NCBI RefSeq assembly: GCF_035594765.1
Contig: NC_085846.1
Location: 18,029,190 to 18,093,189 of the forward strand
Source of the DNA: Anolis carolinensis
Lineage: Eukaryota
Length of the DNA stretch: 64,000 bases
Reading direction: 5' to 3'
A program made the translations under genes and the position numbers. The notes under the pieces were generated by a model, which had not been told where the DNA came from, did no database searches, and saw only the letters and a program-made list of their open reading frames with translations. Shown piece by piece: positions 38,101 through 49,800 of the stretch (positions are counted from its first letter, which is position 1; each line of letters starts with the position of its first letter).

Positions 38101-41100
38101 CCCCAAGATGGAAAAAAAAATCCAGTGTTTAACCTGCAAGAACACTTCACTATGGGTGCATCTACTTCTACACTGTAGAAGTAAAGCATTTGACCTCACT
38201 TTAAGTGCCTTGGCTCAATACTATGAAATCCTGGGAGTTGTAGTTTTGAAACTTCCTTAGTCTTTTCTGCCAAAGGGTACTTGTGTCTCATCCCACTACA
38301 AATAACCTTAAAGAGTTAATATTAAGCTTACAACCAAGTGACAAGTCTGTGAAGTGCTTTGAACACGAGAAAGTGCTATATAATTTGCAAAGGATTTTGA
38401 AAAAATGTGTAAAAATAGATATTTCCAGTCTATGTCACACTCACATCCTATGCTTACATGTTGGTAACTCAGGGTTGATGCTAAGAAAAAGTAATAAAGA
38501 TAGTTATGTTTAGAAACCGAAACAAAGTTTCTCAGAAAGGTTATAACAATTCCATTCCCAGAAGTGTTCCTATTTAGTATTTTACTTTATTAACCAATTT
38601 CTTACAAAATCAGAAATTTTCCAACAGCGGGGTTCAAAAACAGGAACAGGAGTCGAAGAGTTTAAGAAATAAGTGGAAAAATTGCACTAAGTCTAGTATG
38701 TTGTTTTTTTCCAGGTTAGGCCAGAGTATTGTGCATGTTCTTAGAGACAGATATTTCCTTGTTTACATTATGTAACAAAATTTGAAAGATTTACTGTTCT
38801 TGGTTTGGAAGTGTTATTTTCTGTTTCATTGTATGGTGCTTCCTTTGAAAGTACTGTAGTTGTCATACTCCAGAAACTTCATTTTTGTGGCTGCCACAAA
38901 CTAGGTTGAATTGGTTGAGACTTTATGAGATACAGTAGTCTCACTTATCCAAACTTCACTTATCCAAGGTTCTGTATTATCCAAGGCAGTCTGCCTTTTA
39001 GTAGTCATTGTTTTTGTAGTAAATGTTGCAATATTTTGGTGCTAAATTTGTAAATACAGTAATTACTACATAGCATTACTGCGTATTGAACTACTTTTTC
39101 TGTCAAATTTGTTGTATAGCATGATGTTTTGGTGCTTAATTTGTAAAATCATAACCTAATTTGATGTTTAATAGGCTTTTCCTTAATCCCTCCTTATTAT
39201 CCAATATATTCGCTTATCCAACATTCTGCCGGCCCGTTTATGTTGGATAAGTGAGACTCTACTGCAGGGGTCCTCAACCCTTCAGACTGTGGAGGGGCCA
39301 AATTATCATTTGAAAAAAAAAAACCAAAAAAACGAACAAATACCTATGCACACTGCACATGTCTTATTTGTAGTGCAAAACAACAACAACAATGAAAGAA
39401 CAATACAATATTTAAAAATGAAAACAATTGTAACCAACATAAACCTATCAGGATTTCAATGGGAAGTGTGCTGAGCCACAAAATCCAAAGGGTGACCTTG
39501 GGCATGTCACACTATCTCAGCCTCAGGAGAAAGCAATGGCAAGCATCTTCAAAACAAATCTTGCCAAGAGAACCCTACAACGTGCAAGAACTGTGTTGAG
39601 AAAACCTCGTACTGAAGATTGGCTCATACTGAACCCTAACAAGCTTAAGACTCTTAGCAACAGAAGGGAATGGTTTTTCTTTGGAATAGATGACTCCACT
39701 TTGCTTCTTTCTTACCCACGCAGAGTGTCCCAATGAAGCTCGTGACATTGTCTTCCTGCTTGATGGCTCAACCAGCGTCCGTCCCTCAGATTTCATTGAA
39801 ATGAAAGCTTTTATTGCTCTCATGATGAAAAGATTCCCTGAGAATACACATGTGAGTAAGGAATGATTCACAACAGAGAGTGGGGTTGGGTGGGATATGA
39901 ATTTTCATAGTCTCTAAACAGAGCTGTCCCGATGCATCTTGCTGGTTCAGGTGAAGACAAAAATGGCTTCTTGCCTGCTTTTTCCATTCCATGTGTAGCG
40001 GTTAAAATTGAATATCTTTTCTCATGACTGTTGTGCAAGAAAGGCTGAGGTGTGATGTCACCTCTCCAGGCTGGTTTCTAAGACCTTGAAGCAAGTTATT
40101 ATTATTATTATCTGCATCAGTTAATGCAGTTTCAAACCATTTCAACTGCCATGGCTCACCGTTTGGGGATATTTGGATTTGTAGTTTCATGAGCCACCAG
40201 TAGTCTTTGACCAAGAAGACTAAAGACCTTGCAAAACTACAAATCTCATGATTCTATAGCATTGGGCCATAAATTGGTGCCAAACTGCGTTTATTCTCTA
40301 CTGTAGATGCACTCACAGTCCCACTTTATAATACCTAGACTTCTTGGTGATAAGATGGTATATTCATTAACATTTTAAAATATGGCTTCTTATATAAGAT
40401 GCCAGCTGCAACTCCTGAGTTTCCATAGCATTAAGTTGTGACAATTAAATTGGTATCAAGTCTACAGTGTGGAGGCACCCGAAGTTGGAAATTGATGGGA
40501 AACACCAGAAAGGCCAGTGTCCTGTTATTCAGTTTGATGTTGACCAGTTCATGTGGCAGGGTTGGTGGTAATCTTGATGGAGACAAAGGAACCATATATT
40601 AATGCACGAATATGTGATAACCAGATCTAAAATATGATGGATATACAGTACTATAATCCAAAAATGATGTAAGGGAACAACAACTAATGTCATCTATGAA
40701 ATGGATGCCTTAGTTGCAGACGATATCCAGAAGCATTTTCTCTTCCAGCATAGCACTGTTGCTTAAACAAAGAAGGAAATATGAATGTTCATAGAAGTGC
40801 CAAGGCACAGTTTCCCCAATTAATCTTTCTGGGTCTTCTTCAGTTCGCTCTCCTACAGTTCTCCAGCCACTTTCAAGAACATTTTGACTTTAGACATTTC
40901 CAGAGAAATCGCGATCCTGACCATCTGATGAGAGAAGTGAATCAGCTGAGAGGCTCCTCATACACAGCCACTGGGATCAGGAAAGCCACGTGGGTATCTT
41001 GCTACCATTCCTCTTTTTATATAGTGGCATTGGTAGTGGGATGAGGAGGGTGCAGGTTGTACCAGGTGATAGTATGATGGAGTGAAACCAATTATGGTGT

Positions 41101-44011
41101 TTGGGAAAGAAGTGGGCAAAATAGGAAAGCAAGCAGCTGGGCTTGCTCCCTTGGAAGGCTGGTGGGGAAAGTCCTGTTCTTCTCCTCTTTCTGGATTTCT
41201 TTACAAGGATTCAACTCTACTCCCTCCTTTGTGTGTCCTGAAGTCCTTCCCCTTCTTTACCACCCATTTACATATTTTCTTGCTTCACACCTTGTCCTTC
41301 GTCAGTCCCCTCTTTTCTTTAAACAACAGATATTTTAAAGAAACTTCCTCTCATATACTGACTGAACTGAAGTTTGGTAGTCTCCTATATTATAGCCACT
41401 CTACCACTGTTGCTGTTTCCTTGCAGCTAATCCTCCTTTTCTCTTCTCTCTACTGCTTAAAAGGGAGCTATTCACCACACAGAAAGGTGCCCGAGCTACA
41501 GCCAAGAGGTTCCTTGTGGTGGTGACGGATGGGGAGAAATTTGGGGACATGTTGGAGTATGCAGAGGTTATAGAGGAAGCCAACAGAGCTAAAATTACAC
41601 GCTTTGCCATTGGGGTAAGGAGCAACGTACTTACCTATGTTTATTTATTTAATTACCTACACATTTTTGTCCTGCGTAGTTGGAATAAATGTCACATCAG
41701 GACGTAAAACTAAGCACTGGGCTGCTTGTTTGAAATCCATCTTTTCCTTTAACGCTTACGGCTTTCACCTCCAAACATGTTGCTTTTCTTCTGGCAGGTT
41801 GGCATAGTTTTCACAAGCAGAGTTGCCCAGAGGGAGCTCCACAGCATTGGCTCTCATCCTGTTCCAGATCACGTCTTTGTTGTGAGGCACTTCACCGGCC
41901 TCCGGGACATCCAGACCCAGCTGAAAGAGAAGATTTGTGCCAATCACGGTACCAGAATTTAGGAGCTGGGGAAGGCAGCAAAGCAGCAGAAAATTTAAGA
42001 ACTTGGGAAAGGGTCAGCCAACTAGTTGCCCAAACCCTGTCTGAATAAAGAAGGGTTTGCCTGTTGACAAAAGAGTAAAGGAGGTTAGCACTGGGGGGCT
42101 TCTACATGGTAGAATTAATGTGGCATGACACCACCTTAACTACCATGGCTCAATGTTATGGAATTTTGGAGTAGTAGTTTGGTGAGACACCAGCACCATT
42201 TGTAAGAGACAATTCCCACAATTCCATAGAATTAAGCCATAGCAATTAAAGTGATGTCAAACTGCACTAATTCTACAGTGTAGATGCACCCTTGATCTCT
42301 TGTCAAAGTGGTTTCATAGCCTGAGTATAATCCACCAGCAAAGTTTTTTATAGGGCTCTCATGAAACATGCTTCTGAGGATGGTAGGGCTAAGGTTTTAT
42401 CTACACTGCCATACAAAATCCACATTATCTGCTTTGAACTGGATTATATGAGTCTACACTGCCATATAATCCAGTTCAAAGCAGATAATCTGGATTTTAT
42501 GTGGCAGCGTAGAAGGGGCCTAAGAGAAAGACTTCTCTTGGAGAGCTGAAAATTCAGGCTGGATCTACCCTGCCCTTTATCTCAGGATTGGATCCTGGAT
42601 TATCTGGCAGTGTAGACTCATATAATTCAGTTCAAAGAAGATAATCTGGCATCAGATCCTGGGAAAAAGAGCAGCATAGATCCAGCCTCAGAGAGGGTTA
42701 ATATGGGAGTAAATAAGCCTTTCAAAAAGTCTGCATGGAAGCAGTAAACCTTGTAAATCATTGCCAGCAACTTGAATTGTGCTAAGACTAGTACCTGGTG
42801 AAAATGTCAGTGCACAAGGTTTCTGTCCTTCCCTGCCTCACTCAGCAGTCTTTCTGAAATATGTATTAGGCATCTTCCCCAAATCAGGATTGTAATGGCT
42901 GTAATTCATAATTTCCTCTGTTCAAGACACAATTGCCTGGCACTTATGAAATGGTGGCAGCTTTATGTGGGTGAATTGTAGAATGACACCACATAGTTCA
43001 GTACTATGCTTTGCAAGGCTTTTTCTGCAGCGTTCTTTGCCAGAAAACACAGATGACTCACCAAATTACAAATCCCAGGATTTCATTGCATTGAATCCTG
43101 GTAATTAAGGTGATGTCAAACTGCATTCATTCTACAGTGTAAAGCAGGCATGGGCAAACTTAGGCCCTCCCGGTGTTTTGGACTTCAACTCCCACAATTC
43201 CTAACAGCCTCAGGCCCCCTCCTTTCCCAGCTGCGGGGGGAAGGGGGGGAGGGAGGAAGGGGCCTGGGGCTGTTAGGAATTGTGGGAGTTGAAGTCCAAA
43301 ACACCAGGAGGGCCTAAGTTTGCCCATGTCTGGTGTAAAGGCACCCTCAGTCTTCAGTAGTCACATCCACATAGGTAATTATCACTAGGGCTTTAAGGCA
43401 GACTTGGGGTGGCATCTTCCAGAAAATGGGGGGTCTAAAACAATAAATTTTCTAGACTCTGTTAGAGGTTAGGGAACAGGATAGCCAAGTCTAAAATCTG
43501 AAAGAATGTCATATTGAGGAAGGGGCAAGTTTGTTTTCTGCTGCTGTGGAGCTTATGACCCCATTTATACTGTCCATTTAATGCAGTTTCAAACCAGTGT
43601 TGGAAGGTTTTGCTGTGGAGATAATTACACAGGAGATCCTGGAACTAGTTTGAGACCCGGATGGCGATTACACAAACCACAGAGCACTGATGCATATTAA
43701 GGACTTCCTTTTGCACATTTTTGTGGGAGTCTATTGTCCGGCCGCTGTAGTTTGAAGTTAGCTTTGAGTTGCATAAAATGGACAGTGCAGATGGGGCTGG
43801 TAGCAACAAAATAATAACTTCTGTTCTGTGTCTTTCAGGCGTCAGGGTGCCACACACAACAAGAGCACCGTCAGCCTCACCGGGCACCTGCCCCAAGCCT
43901 GATGCTCAGGTGCTGCACAAACTGGAGCAAGTGCTGCATAGCCTGGATCAAGTCAAAACCAAGCTGGATTTCCTGGAGGCTAAACAAGGGAAATGTGGAC
44001 AAAGGCCCTAG
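35139..44011 (+). CDS. Predicted secreted integrin alphaM/X-like I-domain (vWA) protein with N-terminal CD99-like exon and C-terminal coiled coil, 7 exons, 292 aa
   Basis: Exons 35139-35190, 36637-36714, 39724-39851, 40844-40989, 41464-41614, 41798-41948, 43839-44011. All are GT-AG and phase-compatible; total 879 nt including stop. Protein: MKLFSIFIGTLFFIGAAG-SADDIFDLSDALTPVDPPQINPEKD-QCPNEARDIVFLLDGSTSVRPSDFIEMKAFIALMMKRFPENTH-FALLQFSSHFQEHFDFRHFQRNRDPDHLMREVNQLRGSSYTATGIRKAT-ELFTTQKGARATAKRFLVVVTDGEKFGDMLEYAEVIEEANRAKITRFAIG-VGIVFTSRVAQRELHSIGSHPVPDHVFVVRHFTGLRDIQTQLKEKICANHG-VRVPHTTRAPSASPGTCPKPDAQVLHKLEQVLHSLDQVKTKLDFLEAKQGKCGQRP*. The I-domain motifs (DGSxS, TATGIRK, TDGEKFGD, DHVF, QLxEKI) match ITGAM/ITGAX as I recall them. 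AATAAA at 44392 and 44420. Confidence 0.85.
36172..36436 (-). mobile_element. Anolis-type SINE, degenerate
   Basis: Homologous to the copies at 9091 and 27687. Confidence 0.7.
38933..39264. mobile_element. Tc1/Mariner-type MITE
   Basis: TIRs CAGTAG(AG)TCTCACTTATCCAA / TTGGATAAGTGAGACTCTACTG, preceded by TA. Confidence 0.75.
43145..43332. mobile_element. Short hAT MITE (palindromic)
   Basis: TIR CAGGCATGGGCAAACTT; TSD GTGTAAAG. Confidence 0.85.
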
Positions 44012-44644
44012 CATGTGTCCAATGCAGATAGAGTGATCTACAGCAGGAGGCAAGCGGTGGAGGGGGAAATGTGAGAATCTCAAAGAAAGGAGATGAGAAG
44101 TGGTAAGATAGAGGGTGCATCCACATTGTAGAATGAATACAGTTTGACACCACTTTAACTGCTATGCATTAATGCTATGGAATCTTGGAAGCTGAATTTT
44201 TGGTAAGGCACCAGCATTCTTTGACGGAGAAGGCTAAAACCTTGGAAAACTACAAACCCCAGAATTTCATAGCATTAAGCCATGGCAGTTAAAGTGGTGT
44301 CAACACTATAGATGCACCCTTTCCCCCATTTTGTATGCCAACACTATTTGACAGTTGGGTGGTTTATACATTCAGTTTTAACGTGGCCTCTAATAAAAAT
44401 GCTGAACGATTTCGAAACCAATAAAGCCACCTGTTTTCTGGTTTTGCTTCTGCTTTATTTTAACTAGCAACAATCGATTCCACATCTGTGCCCTGTAAGC
44501 TGTTTTGAGCTTTACTTGCTTGAAAACTCAGAATCACAGTCTACCTACACTGTAGAATTAATATAGTTTGATACCTCATTTCCACAAGAAGTGGAAAAGG
44601 GGAGAAATCACCAAAGAAAAATTCAAGTGAATAACCAACTCCTG

Positions 44645-45982
44645 TAGGGAAAAATTTTGCAAGGCTAAAGCGCACAATGAGCTCAGGTTTGCCAGGGAAA
44701 TTAAAAACAATAAAAAGGGTTTCTTTGCTTACATCGGTAGAAAAGGGAAGAACAACGATAAGGCCTCTGTGAGGAGAAATGGGGTGATGGTGGCAGGGGA
44801 TAGGAAAAAGGCAGAACTACTTGATGCCTCCTTTGCCTCAGTCTTCTCACAAAAAGAAAGTCGTCTTTAACAGCAACATGAAGTGGACAAAGGATTAGGG
44901 GAAATCCAACCCCAGATAGGGAAACAAGTCATCCAGGAATACTTGGCTGCTCTAAACGAATTCAAGTCCCTGGAGCCAGATCAACTACATCCAGGAGTAT
45001 TGAAGCAACTAGCAGAAGTCATTTCAGAACCACTGGCAATCATCTTTGAGAGTCCCAGCAGACTGGAGGAGGGCGAATGTGGTCCCTATCTTCAAGAAGG
45101 GGAAAAAGGATGAACCAAAACAATTACCATCCGGTCAGCCTCACGTTGATACCAGGTAAGATTCTGGAAAAGATCCTTAAGGAAGTGGTCTGCAAACATT
45201 TAGAAACAATTGCAGTCATCGCTAATAGTCAACACAGATTTATCAAAAACAAGCCATGCCAGACTAATCTGATCTCTTTTTTCGATAGAGTTACAAGATG
45301 GGTAGACACAGGGAACGCCGCGGATGCAGCATATCCAGATTTCAGTAAGGCCTTTGACAAGGTCCCCCATGTTGTTCTTGTTGTTTATTCATTCAGTCAC
45401 TTCCAACTCTTCGTGACCTCATGGGCCAGTCTACGCCAGAGCTCCCTGTCCGCCGCCACCTCCAGCTCCTTCAAGGTCAAGACACTCACTTCAAGGATAC
45501 CATCCATCCATCTGGCCCTTGGTCGGCCCCTCTTCCCTTTTCCTTCCATTTCCCCCAGTATCAGTATCTTCTCCAAGCTTTCCTGTCTTCTCATGATGTG
45601 GCCAAAGTACTTCATCTTTGCCTCTAATATCCTTCCCGCCACTGAGCAGCCAGGCATTATTTCCTGGAGTGTGGACTGGTTTGATCTTCCTTCGGTCCAA
45701 GGCACTCTCAGAATTTTCCTCCAGCACCACAGTTCAAAAGCATCTATCTTCCTTTGCTCAGCCTTCCTTATGGTCCAGCTCTCGCATCCATAGGTTACTA
45801 TGGGGAATACCATACTCTTAACAAACTAGTCAAATGTGAGCTAGGCAAAACTATGGTTAGGTGGATCTGTAACTGGCTAAGTGAACGAGCCCAAAGAGTG
45901 CTCACCAATGCATCTTCTTCATCCTGGAAATAAATGAGGAGTGGAGTGCCATCAGCAGGGTGCTGTCCTGGGCCCAGTTCTG
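44645..45982 (+). mobile_element. CR1 LINE ORF2 (RT) fragment interrupted by an antisense RTE insertion
   Basis: NYHPVSLTLIPGKILEKI..SQH.F..KPCQTNLISFFD..DFSKAFDKVPH; CR1 sequence resumes after about 45813. Confidence 0.85.
45371..45812 (-). mobile_element. RTE-BovB LINE 3' end
   Basis: ORF 45397-45813 VFPIVTYGCESWTIRKAE.RKIDAFELWCWR...GRPRARWMDGI, with a (CAA)-type tail. Confidence 0.9.
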
Positions 45983-46304
45983 AAGCTGTTAGGAATTGTG
46001 GGAGTTGAAGTCCAAAACACCTGGAGGGCTGAAGTTTGCCCATGCCTGATCTACACTATATAATTAATGCAGTTTGATACCACTTCAACTGCCGGGGCTC
46101 AATGCTTTGGAATCCTTGGGAGTTGTAGTTTTGCAAAGTCTTTCACCTTATCTGCCAAAAGGCGCTGGTGTCTCACCAAACTGCATCCTCCATGATTCCA
46201 TATTATTGAGCCCTGGTAGTTCAAGTGGTCTCAAACTGCGTTAATTCTACTGTGTGGGTGCAACCCCAGAAACATTTTAAATACTAAATAATAAAGGCGA
46301 GAGT

Positions 46305-46810
46305 ATCTCTGCGCATGGACTGATGTTGAGAAATCAAAAACCCCCACTCTCGGAATTACCGTCTCTGCAAAGGCCCTTCCCTTCGGCTATCTTCGGAATC
46401 TCTCGGGAATCTTCGGGTCTGCGGCCGAAAACGAACCGAACGCCCTTCGGGCGTTTCCGCCCGTGTAGGGGCGCGACCACCTTTTCATTTCGGTCATTCT
46501 CGGCAATCTCATATTCTTCGGCTTCGCTCGGTCATTCCCGTCCGTCGACGGGAGCTTTCGGCTATTCCCGTTTTCAGCTCGGCTATTTCCGGTTCCGTTC
46601 GGGCAATTCCGGCTCCGCTCGGCCTCCGGGAAGAGTCGTAGCAGAGATAGGAACAGAAGCCTCGGCGGGATGGAAGGTACGCGAGGGAAAGCCCCCTCCC
46701 CTCTCGTCTCCTCTCCACGGAGAGGTGGGCGGGAAGAAGCCGGGAAGCCACGCCCTCTCGGACTCTGATGGGGGCTTCTAGGGCAGCTGCCTTGCTGACG
46801 TCACCCCAGC
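46305..46810 (+). promoter_or_regulatory. CpG-island promoter and 5' UTR of RABEP2
   Basis: Dense CpG (many TTCGG/CTCGG), ETS-like TTCCGG and CRE TGACGTCA at 46796, around exon 1. Confidence 0.7.
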
Positions 46811-49800
46811 TGGGGAGCGGTCAGAGGTCACAGTTAGGGTTAGGGTGTTGGAGTTGGGTGGGTAACTAGGGGTGCATCTATGAATGCAGTTGGACATTAC
46901 TTTAGCAGTGCTGTTGCATCATGGGAGTTGTAGTTTGGGGAGGCAACAACTCTGGCAAAAGGTGGCTAAATAACTTGTAAAACTACAAGTCCCATGATGC
47001 TATCAGTTAAAGAGACATCAAACTGCAGTTTATAGAGTTAAAAGGTTTAAGAGCCGGGAAGTCATAGGGTTGAAAGTCTTTAGATTTGGGTTGGGGATGA
47101 GGGATTCATAGGGTTAAAAATATTTTGGTTTATAGCAGTACTTCTCAACCTATGGGTCTCCAGATGCTTTGGCTTCAACTCCCAGAAATCCTAACAGATG
47201 GTAAACTGGCTGGGATTTTTGGGAGTTGTAGGCCAAAACACCTGGGGACCCACAGGTTGAGAACCACTGGTAGGGTTAAACGTCTTTAGTTGTAGGTTGG
47301 GTTAAAAGTCTTTTGGTTTATAGAATTAAATGTCTTTAGGTTTGGGTTGGGGATGAGAGATGTATAGGATTAAAAGTATTTTGGTTTGGATTAAATGTTT
47401 TTAGGTTTGGGTTGGGATGAGGGATTTATAGGTTAAAGTCTTTTGGTGTATAGGGTTAAACATCTCTAGGTTTGGGTTGGGGATCAGGGATTTATAGGGT
47501 TAAAAGTCTTGGTGCATAGGGTTAAATGTCTAGGTTTGGGGTTAGGCATGAGAGATTTAGAGGATTAAAAGTCTAGGTTTAGGGTTTGGGACAAGGGATT
47601 TATAGGTTAAAAGTCTTTTGGTGTATAGGGTTAAACGTCTTAAGGTTTGGGTTGAGGATCAGGGATTTATAGGGTTAAAAGACTTGGTGCATAGGGTTAA
47701 ACGTCTAAGTTTGGGGTTAAGAATGAGGGATTTATAGGGTTAAAAGTAGATTTAGGGGTTGGGTCTAGGGATTTATAGGTTCAAAGTCTGAGTATAGGGC
47801 TAAACATCTTTAGGTTTGGGTTGGGGATCAGGGATTTATAGGGTTAAAACTCTTTAGGTTTGGGAGTCGGGGATTTATGCTATAAGGTTGAAAGTCTTTA
47901 GATTTAGGGGTTGGGGATGAGATATTTATGGGGTCAAAAGTTTTGAGGTTTAGGATTTGGAACTAGGGATTTATAGGTTAAAGTCTTTTGGTTTATAGAG
48001 TTTAACATCTTTAGGTTTGGGTTGGGGATTAGGAAGTTATAATGTTTAAAATCTTATAGGGTTAAAGTCTTTAAGTATATAAGAATTAAGTCTTTATGTT
48101 TGGGTTGGGGTGAGGGATTTATAGGGTTAAAAGTCTAGGTTTAGGGATTGGGTCTAGAGATTTATAGGTTAAAAGTCTTTTGGTTTGTAGGGTTAAACGT
48201 CTTTAGGTTTGGGTTGGAGATGAGGAATAAATGTTTTCATGCTTAATGTTTTATTGTTATGCTATTGGTTCATATAGTTTTTTAATTATTTAATTTATGA
48301 ATATTTTAATATGTTTACATGGATGTGAGGCATTGAATCTTTGCCATGTATAATGCTGTACATCACTTTGAGTCCCCCTAGGGGTGAGAAAAGCAGTCTA
48401 TAAATGAATTAAATAAATAACAAATAAATAGGTTTGGGTTGGGGATGAGGGATTTATAGGGTTAAAGTTTTTAGGTTTAGGGATTGTGATACATGCAAAT
48501 GGAAACATGAATGGTCCTGGGTTCGGATCTTGCTTCATTCAGATTCCTTGGGGCTTAATCTTGGGGATCGGAAGTTTGCAGGGTTAAAACACTAACAGTC
48601 GGAAGGCAAGGTTGAGTAGGTCTTGAGTTTGAATCTAGATCTATTCAGATTTCTTGTCTTTTCCCACCCCTTTCCCAGACCCTGAAAAGGTGCTGGATGT
48701 GGGTGCCCAACTGCCCTCAAACGCAGACCCCGAAGACACCATCCAAAGCCTGCAGGCACAGCTGGCGGCTGCTTTGACGGAGGTAGAGACGGTTCGGACC
48801 GTGGCCACTGTGAGCGAAGGCACCAAGCAGGAAGCAGTGGAGGCTGTCCGTCGCCAATGGCAAGAGGAAGTGGCCTCTCTTCAAGCCATCTTGAAAGGTA
48901 CAGCCACCTTGACTCTCAAGGGAATGCATCTGCACTGTTGAATTAATCCACTTTGACCTCGCTTTAACTGCCACAACTCAGTGCTGTGATACCATATCAT
49001 GGGAGTTGTAGCTTGACAAGGCTCTTCTCTGCCAAAGAGTACTCTTGTCTCACTAAACCACAAATCCTAAGAATCCATAGCATTGAGCAGCTAAAGTGGT
49101 GTTGAACTGCATTTATTCTACAGTGTAGATCAGGCACCTTCAAACTGCAGCCCTCCAGCTGTTTGGGCCTCCAATTCCCATAATTCCTGACCATTCAACA
49201 AGCTGGATAAGACTTCTGGGAGTTGGGGGCCCAAACAACTGGAGTTTGAGGGTGCCTGGTGTAGATTTGTCCAGGTGGAAACAATGGTTAAACTGTCTCA
49301 AATTGAGGGTTAGAACCAGGATTCTGGTCTCCTGTATAGTACATTCTCAGGTAACTGGAACTCTCAAGCAACCAGCAAAAATGGAAGAAATAATACTTTA
49401 AATAAAAAATTACAATAAAATCAGTTTTTAATACAGTAAATCTGTGTTATATTAAATTAAGATTAATGCCTTAATTTGTTTTTAGTATTTCAATATTAAT
49501 ATCAAGTCAATATAGTGTGATATGGTATATTTTGCGGTATAATATTAGACTTATTTTAAATAGTAACTTAAGCAATCACAAACTACTAAGCATCTAGGTT
49601 GCTGTGAGTTTTCCGGGCTGTATGGTCATGTTCCAGAAGCATTCTCTCCTGATGTTTTGCCCCTGTCTATGTCAGCCATCCTCAAAGGTTGCCTGCCATA
49701 GATGTGGGCAAAACATCAGGAGAGAATGCTTCTGGAACATGGCCATACAGCCCGGAAAACTCACAGCAGCCCAGTGATTCTGGCCATGGAAGCCTTCGAC

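Noticed and set aside
41712-41723. AAGCACTGGGCT matching the SNORD88 guide in an intron of the I-domain gene
   Set aside because: No convincing C/D boxes or terminal stem around it; likely chance.
39724-41948. Calling the locus a full-length ITGAM/ITGAX, or an integrin pseudogene
   Set aside because: No propeller, leg or TM exons were found in the available space. The frame, splice sites, signal exon, terminal exon and poly(A) signals are all intact.
46323-46781. 152-aa ORF over the RABEP2 CpG island
   Set aside because: A by-product of stop-poor GC-rich promoter sequence; the real start is ATG 46670, spliced in frame to exon 2.
47030-48482. Repeat-spacer appearance suggestive of CRISPR
   Set aside because: Vertebrate DNA; units are degenerate tandem variants without unique spacers or cas genes.
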